A stretch of 64,000 bases of DNA from assembly GCA_964016885.1 (NCBI GenBank), contig OZ024755.1, positions 29,822,001-29,886,000 of the forward strand, in the 5' to 3' direction. Each line of letters begins with the position of its first letter. Within the stretch, counting starts at the first letter, position 1. The notes under the pieces are model-generated. The model was not told the DNA's origin and ran no database searches. It saw nothing but the letters and a program-made list of their open reading frames with translations. This stretch comes from Eledone cirrhosa (taxonomy: Eukaryota). Both the position numbers and the translations under genes were made by a program. Below, in pieces: positions 49,791-61,991 of this stretch.

Positions 49791-51372
49791 GAGTCATATC
49801 ACTATTGCATGCATATTATATAAGAACACATGATTAAGTGAAATTGAAAATAATTTTCGTGCATATGAAAATGTTATTGAATACAATAATTCTTTTTTGC
49901 TTCAAATATTCCCTTTTTACGGAATAGTAGGCAGAGATGTTCAGTGTCTATGACCAATTTCAGGGCCTCTGGGGTTGATATGAGGCCGGGATTGAGGCAT
50001 CAGATCGGAGACGTCATTCATTTGCTTGTTACAAATGGACTCCATGAAAAGTACCCAAGTGACAGGTGGTTAACCCGGGTGAAAGATTAAATCTGCTTCC
50101 TAAATAAACCACCTCACGATTTTAACTTAGTATCAAATACTGCAAAGCAGCTCATCTGACCCTCTAACAATTCCACCAGTCCACAACTTTGAACTGGTAG
50201 AGTATTATATCGACAGCAAAAGGATGAAATACAAAGTTGATTTCGACGGGACTGAAACTCGGAGTGATGGGCATTTTGTATGTTTTAACTCACTGCAAAC
50301 TACCCACCTATCTTTGCCATTTAAAAATGATTTGAAACCGGAGTTCCAGGAAATAAGACACCCATAGAAATAAAATCGTTTTTATAATGCATGGAAACCG
50401 GTGTTCCAAGATGCAGCCAACATCAAAATATCGTTGATATTATAGAAATATTTGATATTTGGTTTTATTCCTTTATCTCTAATGCGACAATATGATAGTT
50501 ATGTGAAAAGACATTTGGAAATAATACTATATCGCTTTTGGGAATGGAAGACCATATTGATGTGACGCATTTAGATAAGAAAAACCGATATTTTCAATTT
50601 TTAAGACAACGAATGAAAGATTATAGGAAGGTCCAACATTAAATCACCATTTCATATTTAAAAAGGAAATAAATGCCAATTAAGATATATTTTTTATTAC
50701 AAAAAGGAAGAAATGTTTACTCGTTCGCCCGTATAGTATATTTTTAGTGTATTTTCTCTTTCGCTACTTCTTGGCTAAAGCTTTTCAATTCTCCTCTATT
50801 CACTCACTTCAGAGCACCTCGCCACATATTGTTCTTGATTTCCTCCCTTCAATTTCCACTTAACTAATTTGCTAAACCGGTCTCTAGACTTTGTGCATCG
50901 GGATAAATGCCTTCTATTTCCAGTAATCGGATAGGGCCCCTGTCTCTGATTTCTATCTAGATTTGTTTTTCAACACCCTGACGCGTATGTGTATATGTGT
51001 GTGCTTGTGTGTATGTGCATATGCATACATTTATATGTATGAGTATATAAATATAAACGCGCAAACACTGACACACACTAAAATACACACTCACAGACAT
51101 ACATTCACACAAATACACATACATTCACACAAATATACATACATTCACACAAATATACATACATTCACACAAATATACATACACACAAACATCCACACAC
51201 ATATACATTTACACAAACACACAGCGTAGCAAATGGAACGCTAGCTGCTGTTTTGCTATAGTTTTTTCACCATCCCTTCCTTCCTTTCACACACGCATAC
51301 ATTCACACAAACACACACACATTGTGTGACAGACGAAAGCCGCACAAATGTATATATAGATTGTGTAGACAA

Positions 51373-51586
51373 GGGTGGTGGATTGGCAGGATCGGTAGAG
51401 CATCGGACACCATGCTTTGCAGCATAGAGTTACGGCACTTTAAGTTCAGAATTCAAATCCCGCCGAGGTTAACTTTGCCTTTCATCTTTACGGGGTTGAT
51501 AAAATAAAGTACCAGTAATGCACTGGAGGTGGATTTAATCAACTTTCCCACCCCCAAATTGCTGGCCTTGTGCCTATACAAGAAAC
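51373..51586 (+). mobile_element. SINE family A, long variant
   Basis: Consensus match. Confidence 0.9.
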
Positions 51587-51644
51587 ACATATATTGTGTA
51601 GAGTGATGCTAGGACATGAACTGATGCATTTAACTAACGCCTAT

Positions 51645-51763
51645 GAAGGCGTGTGGCTGAGTGGCTAGAGAATTGGATTCACCATCGTGAGGTTGTGTGT
51701 TCGAGACCTGGACCAGATGATGCGTTATGTCCTTGAGCAAGACACTTTATTTCACGTTGCTCC
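51645..51763 (+). mobile_element. SINE family B 5' part (tRNA-derived head)
   Basis: A box TGGCTGAGTGG, B box GTTCGAGACC, then tgtccttgagcaagacacttt. Confidence 0.7.
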
Positions 51764-52419
51764 TTCTACCTGGAATTGCGACCCATAGATAGTATTATCA
51801 ATTGGAAAGACCAACGGAAACACTGTTTCCTCGGTCCCATTTGACGAAAAGTCGACCGACTGCCTATGGGGGAAGCATGAATGTCATATAATAACAGACT
51901 ACATCTCTTATTGTCTTCTGTGTTTTTGAATTAATTCTTTTTGAATTAATTCTTTTTTAATGATTTTATTTTCTTCATATGATAAAAATCAAAATTTTGA
52001 AATTCTGCCAACTTAAACAGTATCAAGGGAAATATATATTTTTTTTTCATTTGATTTACATTTGTTTTGATTTTTATATTTTTGTTGTTGCTGTTGCTTG
52101 TTTTTTGTCCATCTATTGATTATTTGTTTATATTTGTACGATTTTAAGTATATGCCATTGTTATTGTCATTTTAGCTATTGTTTTTGTTGCTGCTGTAGC
52201 TATTGTTGTAGCTGTTGTTGTTGTTGCTATTGCTGTTGTTATTGTAGCTATTCTTGCTGCTGTTACGTTAGTTAAACGCCTGTTTTGTTTCCTGTTTAAA
52301 TTACCGTCGCTTTACAACAAATGTTCAATCATTCACTAAAATACTTCCACGCTTTCCATATTCTATTGTACTGTATGTTTATTTGTACGGGGGACTGACA
52401 GATAAAAGTTATCTCACTA

Positions 52420-52709
52420 AAGCAGCAACAGTAGTAGTAGTAGTAGTAGCAGCAGCAGCAATAGTGGTGGTGGTAATAGTAATAGTAGTAGTTGCAGTAG
52501 TAGTAGTAGTAATAGTGGTGGTATGGTAGTAGTAGCAGCAGCAGTAGTGGTGGTGGTAGTGGTAGTGGTAGTGGTAGGTGGTGGTGGTGGTGGTAGTAGT
52601 AGTAGCAATAGTGGTGGTGGTAATAGTAATAGTAGTAGTAGTAGTTGCAGTAGTAGTAGTAGTAGTGGTATGGTAGTAGTAGCAGCAGCAGTGGTGGTGG
52701 TGGTGGTGT

Positions 52710-52748
<39 letters not shown>

Positions 52749-52782
52749 CGGTGGTAGTAATGGCAGCAGTAGCAGTAGTACA
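52420..52782. repeat. (GTA/GTG/GCA)n trinucleotide mosaic with an internal duplication
   Basis: Direct reading. Confidence 0.92.
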
Positions 52783-53146
52783 TTTCATGCAAATATTTGT
52801 AAATCAGCTAATACAATTATCCATATATTCAATTCAATGACTGCAGTGTTTGGTATTTGTGTATTACACTGATATACTCTAACTTCAGGAATAAATTCTT
52901 AATTCTATTTTGTGTTACGCCAAAATATAATTTAACTCACACGCATACACACACGCGCGCGTGTTCGTGCGTGGTTTGATCCCGGGTCTCCCGTCAATTC
53001 CGACTACGCGTGCTCCAGGTCGTCTAGCAACGGAAAGGCTTGCTCGTACAAATGGTTGAGCATTCCACAGACACGTGTACGTTTAAAGCAATTCTCGGGG
53101 AGATTTAATGTGACGCAGTTAGTGACAAGACATATATCCTTTAAAT

Positions 53147-53370
53147 CAGACATGTCAAACTGAGGGTCCTCCCGAGGGCCACATGGGTCACATATGTGTT
53201 TTCTGAGGGCCACACACGTCAACTAATTGCGTACATGACAACTATTTTTTTTTTTCATTTTATATTACAAATATAAAACATGCTCGCGCTGTAGAAAATC
53301 TTTGTGGGGGCCGCAAGTGTACTTGTGAAGGATTGCATGCGGCCAGCAGGCTGCATACTTGACATGCCTG
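53147..53370. mobile_element. hAT (Charlie-like) MITE inserted in a SINE family B body
   Basis: TIRs CAGACATGTCAA / TTGACATGCCTG and a perfect 8-bp TSD CTTTAAAT. Opposite orientation to 8964-9145. Confidence 0.92.
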
Positions 53371-53818
53371 CTTTAAATTACAGGTAGTAAGTACCCTGAA
53401 CAATTGGTATGCTTCACTTCAAAATATTTAAAAAGGGTGTTTACTGAGGAGAGCTGAACGGGGTATTCTTTCACTTTTTCATCTCGAAACTTATTTGGAT
53501 TTTGAAGTTTAAACTTATCTACGGAACAGGATTGATTTTGAAATTTAAATTTGTCTAAGTACCACGGCCTTTTGCCAATATCGTTTGTTTTTATTGATTT
53601 ATTATTTTAAATCGAGACAGGCAAACTGTATTATTATTATAATTAGTATTTTTCAATCTAGCTAACTTAGTCATATACAATACAAACACTTATATGTAGG
53701 TATTTGTGTTTTATCATATATATTAATTTATATTAACTTGTATTACACGGCTCAGAAATACTTCTTTCTTTGAGCTATTTCATTGTAAAGGACTGCTTGA
53801 GTTTAGAACTCATTCATA

Positions 53819-53854
<36 letters not shown>

Positions 53855-54602
53855 CAAGAAGACAACAAACATAGGTACAAAAAGTCTTACTAGTTTAACG
53901 CTTTATACTGGAAAGAGGAAATAAAGTTTGACATGTCGGGCTTTAGCCCTTCTTCATGAGTACAAAATGAGTCACACGTCTTTAGCGCAATACTAATGTC
54001 ATTTCGCTCTTCATAAATGACTCAAAATAACAGTCATTCAGTAGAAATCCCGTAATACGGGAATACAACCTTAAGATAAATAATCTTATATATATATAAA
54101 TATGAAGAAAAAAAGATGAAATCGAAAATGCAACTGGAGTTTTTTTTTTTTTTAAATATATATATTTATTTGGTTCCTTTACCGGTTTCGTAGTTCTTCG
54201 TGTGTAGGGGGTGCGCGGTAGCGGTGTGTGCGGGACGTAGGGCATGTGTGTGTGGGGGGAGGGGTAATGTGTGTGTGTGTGTGTGTATGTGGGTGTTCTG
54301 TAAGCGGAGGTGTGTATGTGGGTGTTCTGTAAGCGGAGGTGTGTGTATGCGCGTGGGTGGGTGTGTATGCGGTGGGGGGGGGGTGCCTGGATACACTGAA
54401 GAACTGAAGAAACTGCATTACCATTCATTGGATAGTCTAGTGTCGATGTCAATTAGTTCTCCACCTGATAATCATCATTTATAAGAGTTAGCGTCAAAGA
54501 TAGTCTCAGCTAACTCAATACATACCGCAGCATTAGAATGTCTGCCATTTTAAATTAACTTTTAATTTTCAATAAAAGGGTAATATGTTTTTTCCGCATC
54601 AC

Positions 54603-54919
54603 CTGAGAAAAATAATTGTTTCTACTTTTGGCACAAGGCCAGCAATTAACCAGTGTATTACTGGTACTTTATTTTATCGACCTCGTAAGGATGAAAGGCA
54701 AAGCTGAGAAAAATAATTGTTTCTACTTTTGGCACAAGGCCAGCAATTAACCAGTGTATTACTGGTACTTTATTTTATCGACCTCGTAAGGATGAAAGGC
54801 AAAGCTGAGAAAAATAATTGTTTCTACTTTTGGCACAAGGCCAGCAATTAACCAGTGTATTACTGGTACTTTGTTTTATCGACCCCGTAAGGATGAAAGG
54901 CAAAGTTAGAGAAAAATAA
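54603..54919 (-). repeat. 101-bp tandem triplication of a SINE family A 3' half
   Basis: Units start at 54603, 54704 and 54805. GAGAAAAATAAT marks every junction and the distal end. Confidence 0.93.
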
Positions 54920-55095
54920 TGAATTGTGCGTGTGCGTACGCGTATGTGACAGAGAATGTGTGTGGGTGTGCGTGTCTGTGCATCTGTGAGAGAGAGAGCG
55001 TGTGAGAAAAAGAAAGAATATATGTGTGTGTGTGTGATGTGTGTTGCGTGTGTTGCGTGTGTTGCGTGTGTTGTGTGATGTGTGTGATATGTGTG

Positions 55096-55131
<36 letters not shown>

Positions 55132-55854
55132 TTCTTTTTTTTTATTATTTTGTTTTCTTTGTTTTTGGCTTTTATTTGGGGGAGGGGATTGGGAGGGGTT
55201 GACATTTCTATAAAACTTATTTTGAATTTATGACTCAATAAAACCAATGGTCTGGAAATAAATTGTTTAATCTCTCGATGAGAAAAAAAAACTACATAAT
55301 TCAAAAGCACATTACACATTACAGGTGTAAACCTAGCGTTAATGTTTTACTGTAGAATGGTTTAATGTGTTTAGACATGGAAACTTATTTTCGAGGTTGT
55401 TGCGTTTATTTTTGTAAATAATTTCTGTGTGGAATTGTAACATTGGTTATGGAGATAACGGTAATACCTGTCACAGCCAGCCACTCATACACTCAAATAG
55501 ACACACACACACACACACAAATACACACATGCCCAACACCAATCCACTCCACACACAAACACACATGCCCATACACACACATATAAGCCCACATGCGCAT
55601 ACACGCCACACACCCAAATACGCACACACACACATGCCCAACACCAATCCACCCCACTCACAAACACACACCCACGCCCACACAAACACACACACCCAAA
55701 CAAACAAACACACGCCAACCCTCATCCACATACACCCCACACACAAACACACACATGCCCACACAAACACCCAAACAAACAAACACACACGCCAACCCTC
55801 ATCCACATACACCCCACACACAAACACCCCAAACCTCACCCTCATACACCCTTC

Positions 55855-56425
55855 CCGTTGGCCATCATTGTTTCCAAATAGCTTGATACCATCCACATAA
55901 AGAAGATGGCTATTGTGTCTGTTGTCTATTTTATATCTATAACCTGTCCTCTGTAGTAACTGACTTAGCGGAGCAAGTGATATACAGAACAGCAAAGGGG
56001 GACAATGAGTCGCCTAGGAATATTCCACGATTGATCTTGATCTGCCTAAATTCCAGTTGTCCATTGTGGTGTTGACGTACCATCGTAGTTTTCCAGTCTG
56101 TCATCATTGCCTTCAGGAAAGTTGTTATCTCAGATGCAATGTGATACATTTCTAGTGTCTTTATGATCCATGAATGGGGCATCCTGTCGAATGCCTTCTT
56201 ATATTCCATCCAGGCCATTGACAGGTTTTTCTTTTTACAGTTGTCCATTATGAGTCTATCTATTTATCAGTAGCTGATCTTTGCGCCCATAACTCTCTCG
56301 TTTACAGCTTTTATGTTCAGGTGGTAATAAATCTCCACGGGCGAGGTAATTATAGACCCTGTTGGTAATCACTGATGTGGAGGGGGGGGGCTTTGTTGAT
56401 CGTTGGGAGACAAGTAATTGGTTAA
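55855..56425 (-). mobile_element. R4/Dong-like non-LTR RT fragment, frameshifted
   Basis: PITCLPTI; NLSMAWMEYKKAFDRMPHSWI; INRGIFLGDSLSP; SHLLYVDGIKLFG. Confidence 0.8.
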
Positions 56426-56581
56426 CTTGAGGAGGAGGAGAGGGTTCCTGGGTTGCCTCTGGGTGGTTATCCCCCGCTTTTGGGGAATGTAATTTGTTAT
56501 AATTTTATTGTTATTTTGTTATTGTTATTTTGTTATTGTTATTTTGTCATTGTTATTTTGTCATTGTTATTTATATTTTTT

Positions 56582-57036
56582 ACACGGAAGAGCCGAACTC
56601 CCACTGTCATCGCCTCCATCTCTCTCATGTACACCAGGGCCGAACACAGAAGAGCCGAACTCCCACTGTCATCGCCTCCATCTCTCTCGCCCTCCCCATC
56701 TATCACACGTACACCAGGGCCTAACACGGAAGAGCCGAACTCCCACTGTCATCGCCTCCATCTCTCTCGCCCTCCCCATCTCTCACACGTACACCAGGGC
56801 CGAACACGGAAGAGCCGAACTCCCACTGTCATCGCCTCCATCTCTCTCGCCCTCCCCATCTCTCACACGTACACCAGGTCCGAACACAGAAGAGCCGAAC
56901 TCCCACTGTCATCACCTCCATCTCTCTCGCCCTCCCCATCTCTCTGTATTATGAGCAAATGTAGTCTCACATGCTGGCCGCCGCATGGCCCCGGCGGACA
57001 GAATGGAGAAGGCGTTTCCCCGGGGGATGGTAAGGG
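56582..57036 (-). mobile_element. CRE-like 3' end with an 80-bp terminal unit amplified about 4.5 times
   Basis: Units start at 56582, 56644, 56724, 56804 and 56884. 56884-57036 is homologous to 30475-30626. Confidence 0.75.
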
Positions 57037-57350
57037 AGTACCGTTGTTACTTCTGTTATTGTTGTTGTTGTTCTATTATAGTTGCCGGCGCTGTCAGTTC
57101 AGACATCAAAATATTGATTGTTATTTAATTGGTCATTAAACGAAATGATTTGCTAATATCTTACGTGTTTAATTTTGTCATCAATGTTATAATCAACAGC
57201 AGCTAACTAACTAATCTGGCAATATCCAGCCATCAGATGGCGCTGCATCATTTCGTTTTAATTAAACGAAATAACTCTGAGCTTGGAAATAAGATAATAA
57301 CTGCTTTCTATTAAAAACATAAGAGGTTCCAACAAATAATAATAATAATA

Positions 57351-57675
57351 ATAATTGTTTCTACTTTTGGAACAAGGCCAGCAATTACCCCAGTGTATTA
57401 CTGGTACTTTATTTTATCGACCCCGTAAGGATGAAAGGCAAAGTTAACCTCGGCGGGATTTGAACTCAGATCATAAGGGGAAGTAACTCTATGCTTGAAA
57501 GCCTGGCGTCCGACCCTCTACCGATACTGCCAATCCATCTACTTTTGGCAAAAGGCCAGCAATTACCCCAGTGTATTACTGGGACTTACATTATCGACCT
57601 CGTAAGGATGAAAGGCAAAGGTAACCTCGGCGAGAATTGAACATAGAACGTAAAGGGTCATAACTCTATGCTGTG
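57351..57675 (-). mobile_element. Two tandem SINE family A copies next to (AAT)n
   Basis: Consensus match. Confidence 0.9.
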
Positions 57676-57981
57676 AAGAGATGTTTGTGTTGGTGTATGG
57701 GTTGGGTATAAACATGTTTAACAATAGTAAAAACAAAGTAAACTATAAAAATCATCACCATTAATAAAAATGATAATGATTGTGGTGGTGGTGGTGGGGT
57801 GTAGTGGGGGTGGTAGTGGTTTTGTGTAGTGGGGGTGGTAGTGTGAGGGGGGTATTGAGGGGGGCTGGTGGTAGTGGTGCGCTGGTGCTGGGGGCTTGTG
57901 GTGGTGGTGGGTAGTAGTGGGGGGTAGTGGGTATTTATTCATCACTAAAGGTTTATATTTGTATGGTACAGGAAGAAAACA

Positions 57982-58575
57982 GTGTGTGTCGTTGTGCGGG
58001 TGTGTCGTTGTGCGGGTGTGTCGTTGTGCGGGTGTGTCGTTGTGCGTCGGTGTGCGTGTGCGTCGGTGTGCGTGTGCGTCGGTGTGCGTGTGCGTCGGTG
58101 TGCGTGTGCGTCGGTGTGCGTGTGCGTCGGTGTGCGTGTGTGTCGTGCGTGTGTATCGTTGTGCGTGTGTGTCGTTGTGCGTGTGTGTCGGTCTGCGTGT
58201 GTGTCGGTCTGCGTGTGTGTCGGTGTGCGTGTGTGTCGGTGTGCGTGTGTGTCGGTGTGCGTGTGTGTCGGTGTGTGTCGGTGTGTCGGTGTGTGTCGGT
58301 GTGCGTGTGTGTCGGTGTGCGTGTGTGTCGGTGTGTGTGTGTCGGTGTGCGTGTGTGTCGGTGTGCGTGTGTGTCGGTGTGCGTGTGTGTCGGTGTGCGT
58401 GTGTGTCGGTGTGTGTGTCGGTGTGTGTGTGTGTGTCGGTGTGTCGGTGTGTGTGTGTGTCGGTGTGTGTGTGTGTCCGTGTGTGTGTCGGTGCGTGTGT
58501 GTGTCGGTGCGTGTGTGTGTCTGTGTGTGTGTGTGTGTCTGTGTGTCGGGGTGTGTGTGTGTGTCGTTGTGTGTG
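57982..58575. repeat. CpG-rich TG-derived minisatellite (GTCGGTGTGCGTGTGT)-like
   Basis: 16-bp units with gradual variant turnover. Confidence 0.92.
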
Positions 58576-58699
58576 TGGGGGGGGTGGCGTATACACAGGT
58601 TTAACACTAGTAAAAACAAAGGTAACTATAAAAAATTTAACACTTGGAATTACTCAACAGGGCTGAGGCGTTCGAGGGCTGCACATGGAAAAAAAAACA

Positions 58700-59130
58700 T
58701 AAAAGCAGAGTCCCTGATCTGTAGGGCAAGTGCCTAGTCCCAGTTGTCCTCCTCCAACCTATAGGTGCAAACTCAGAATGGGCCCATTCAATCGAGCCAT
58801 GCTCACCTCTCTCACTTTTTAACAAACTAGCTGGAAAGCAGCCTTTCCTTCTTTACCCTCATTTTTCTCTTCAAATAAAACCTGAAAAACTTAATCAGGG
58901 CTTCGTCGAAGAGGAAAATGCTTGACTTCAACACTTTCAGTCGTGTCAACCATGTAACATCTTTCGCCGTGACCACGAGAGAGAGAGAGATATATAAATA
59001 GCGTGCCCTTCCTGGCTAAAGATGCTGGCGTGGCTATCTTCACATTGGTCTCAGCTGATAACCAGATTCGTCCTGCACTCGGCAACAGATGTTTGACATC
59101 AACCTACAAATCAGCTCGGACATAGGACAA
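58700..59130 (-). mobile_element. Diverged L1/Tx1-like ORF2 C-terminal fragment
   Basis: GRIWLSAETNVKIATPASLARKG parallels QIRLSADAIVKIAPLPSFVREG at 59580-59650. Confidence 0.6.
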
Positions 59131-59134
59131 CACA

Positions 59135-60960
59135 AAAGACAGAGGAATTGGGGGATTTACAAAAAGTATAAAACCTATAAACAAATAAAATAGATAACAA
59201 TAATCAGCAAATTAATAGGAATAAAAATTGCCCAATAGTGGGGGTGACAGCCCAGAGGTAACTAAAAATTTCATCAGTTCTAAACCAACATAATCCCTAA
59301 GAGCAGCATAGTAAGGTTCCCCTCTTCTCGCGAAACTCTCCAGCCTATAGGCGCATGTTCAGAATAGGCCCACTACTCGAGCCATCCTCATTACGTTAAC
59401 AAACATTTTTAACAAACATTTTTAACAAATGTACTCCATTTCCACCCTCACCTCCTTTCCAAGTGGATCTTGAAAACGTTGAGTGCTTGGCAGAAGTGGA
59501 AAGTATCTGCCTTCAGTCCTTTCGGCCACGTCTACCACACAACCTATTTAGCTGCAGCCAAAAGGCAGAGGAAAACTGTCTGCCCTTCTCGGACAAATGA
59601 AGGCAGAGGGGCGATCTTCACGATGGCGTCGGCCGAGAGCCGAATCTGTCATGCACGTGTAAAAACCTGTTCGACAAATCTCCACAACTCAGCAATACCT
59701 GGGCTGCGGACGAGTGCGTTCTCAACGTTTTCATCGCTCTGCGCGCCTCTCGGACAGCTCCGTCTCACAGCACTTTCGCGCCTGTAGAGTTTATCTCGAA
59801 CGGACAGTGCTCCTCGGTAGCACTGCCTAGGCAGGGTTTTCTGTAATTTTTCGTAGTCCACAGCTTGAGAGTCCTCCAGCACAAGACTATCTAGTTCGTT
59901 CTCTTCGACGCCTAATATTCGTCGCACTTGCACACCACTAATCCTTTTTAGAACTCTAAAGTGGAGTTTTCCTTGACCGCATTGCACGGTAGAGGGCTGT
60001 GTTGGCCTGACAGCATTCCAGTTGCCAGGTGCCCAGTCTCAGTTTTCTCATGACGCACGACTGCAACTCGATCAAAGACATGAGCTGCCGAAAGGCGTGC
60101 CTGAAAAGGGGCGACCGTGCTTCTTCACGGGTTAGGAATAGCTGGAGTTGACGTAGCCAAAGCGCGTGTCTGCACATCATCAGCCGTGGCATGCCAAGCC
60201 CCCCGCGAGAGCAGCTGGATCGCTTCAACAGTGAAATCTGTCACTTCTACAAAAGTTGAAGAGCAGGCACTTTGTTGAGACTAGGACCAGAACAAAGCAC
60301 AAGTGTTTTGTTTTTTTAGTCTGTTGTCGTTGGTGGTGGTTCAGTTGTTGTTGTTGTTATTAGTGTTGTTGGTCTTGTTCGTGCTGATTTAGCTAACTGA
60401 AACCCTGATGTTGGCAATGGGGGCCTGTGGTTCGGTGCCTTGAGATGAAAACAAAGTTCTCAAGTGGCATGTCTCCCCACATAGATGACTAGGAGGCTTC
60501 TTTGCCTCAACTCGGACTTGGTATCTTCTCGATCTTTTCTGGTTTGATGTGGAGGAATACTGCCACACTAATCTCAGACCAGTTTTCCCTTTTTGTCCTT
60601 ATCTATCTTCTCGGGGAATATATCGCTTCCTCCGAGGGCGATGTAGGCCAGGATCCACCAGATATCCAGCTCTAGCAGAGTTCCTACACTCCTGACAAGT
60701 ATGACCCTTCTCCCAGGTACGCCGGAAATAATATAAGTGGGCATGTCCGACACGGAACCACAGATATGTTTATGGCCAGGGCTTCATTCTTGAAAACCAC
60801 TAAGATAGAACTAAAGTGTGTGGCTCTAGCAATCTACTGGATGCCCATCAATATGCTTTTCAGTGATCTTTCTACTTCATATAGGGGTACGGTGATCTTG
60901 GGCATGTTATGCCTGGCGGTGCCGTTTTCCTCTCCAGGCCTGAAGACAGCAAATTTCTAG
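59135..60960 (-). mobile_element. Internally deleted L1/Tx1-like LINE (ORF1 remnant joined to ORF2 C-terminus and 3'UTR)
   Basis: ORF1 zinc-knuckle relic VEAKKPPSHLCGETCHLRTL (about 60450-60510); ORF2 GGLGMP and CYRGALSVRDKL..CPR...E..E.AL...P....LW (zf-RVT-like). No endonuclease or RT core is recognisable between them. Confidence 0.75.
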
Positions 60961-61547
60961 CAGAGAAGAATAGAAAGCGAGACAAAGGAAGTGAGAAAGA
61001 GATATAGAGGAAGAATCGACCCCAGACTCGACTGGTACTTTTTGTAGACTTAAACAATTTTTTTCTTTCATTCAAAGGGAAACAACTCTCCTGTTGTTTC
61101 TTCATTGATTATTTCTTTCTTTCGCAGGCATGCACAAGTTCTTCCGATTCCAAGTGTCATTCACAAGCGATATTGAAAACTTTGACAAGCCGTGTTTCCA
61201 GCCATGGTATAGTTTAAACAGCAATTAAAGCGAGGTGAGAAACTAATGGTACCCTAACCAGATATTGTAGTACAGGCCTCTACTGTCTATCAAATGCCAC
61301 GGACAGGCCATTCGTCAAACCAAAACTATAGAAAAAGAGACTTGCTTGAAGTGTGGTGCAGCGTGGCAGAACCCATCACCGCATAGTTGCATAGCGAACT
61401 CCTTAACCAAACCGCTATAACTGCGCCTACATATACATGTATATGCGTGTGTGTATTTCGGTAATTTAACGAGGCATTGGAGAAGTTTGATATGCAACTA
61501 TAAATAACAGTAGAATATTATACATACATATATACATATATAAGAAA

Positions 61548-61730
61548 GAAGGTGTGGTAAGATACCAAGTGGACCATAATTCACCAGAGTACTCGATACT
61601 TAGGGTAGTAGAGTGGGTATTAGGGTAGTAGAGTGGGTATTAGGGTAGTAGAGTGGGTATTAGGAAAAGAGTTCGGATCTAGCTGTCGAAACGGTCGGAG
61701 CTCAGCCGCCAGGGTCTTGACTCTTCTCCT
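61548..61730 (-). mobile_element. Family P1 copy with a 20-bp internal triplication
   Basis: Family tail, (tagggtagtagagtgggtat)x3, then gatctagctgtcgaaacggtcggagctcagcc. Confidence 0.75.
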
Positions 61731-61766
61731 GTACGTACGTACGTATATATATATATTTTTTATTTT

Positions 61767-61969
61767 TTTTATTTTATAGAAGGAGCTTCTACAGGACTAG
61801 TACTGTTTCATTCAGATGAAATCTTCAGGAAGCATTCCTGAAGATTTCATCTGAATGAAACAGTACTAGTCCTGTAGAAGCTCCTTCTATAAAATAAAAC
61901 AATTTTACTCTGCCATGTATTGAGTACCTTACTTACTGTGGTTATCCCCGACTCAACCCGGGACCTACG
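61767..61969 (+). mobile_element. Fold-back element family P5 (perfect 65-bp arms, 3-nt loop, unpaired tail)
   Basis: 61767-61831 is the exact reverse complement of 61835-61899. TA runs flank the element. Confidence 0.9.
61785..61833 (-). ncRNA. Type-I hammerhead ribozyme motif
   Basis: GCTTC-CTGAAGA-T-TTC(ATCT)GAA-T-GAAACAG-TACTAGTC-CTGTA-GAAGC. 5-bp stem I, 4-bp stem III with a palindromic loop, GUA site. Confidence 0.72.
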
Positions 61970-61991
61970 TATATATATATATATATATATT

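Noticed and set aside
51645-51720. tRNA gene candidate
   Set aside because: It has A and B boxes but no complete cloverleaf, and it continues into SINE body sequence, so it is a SINE head.
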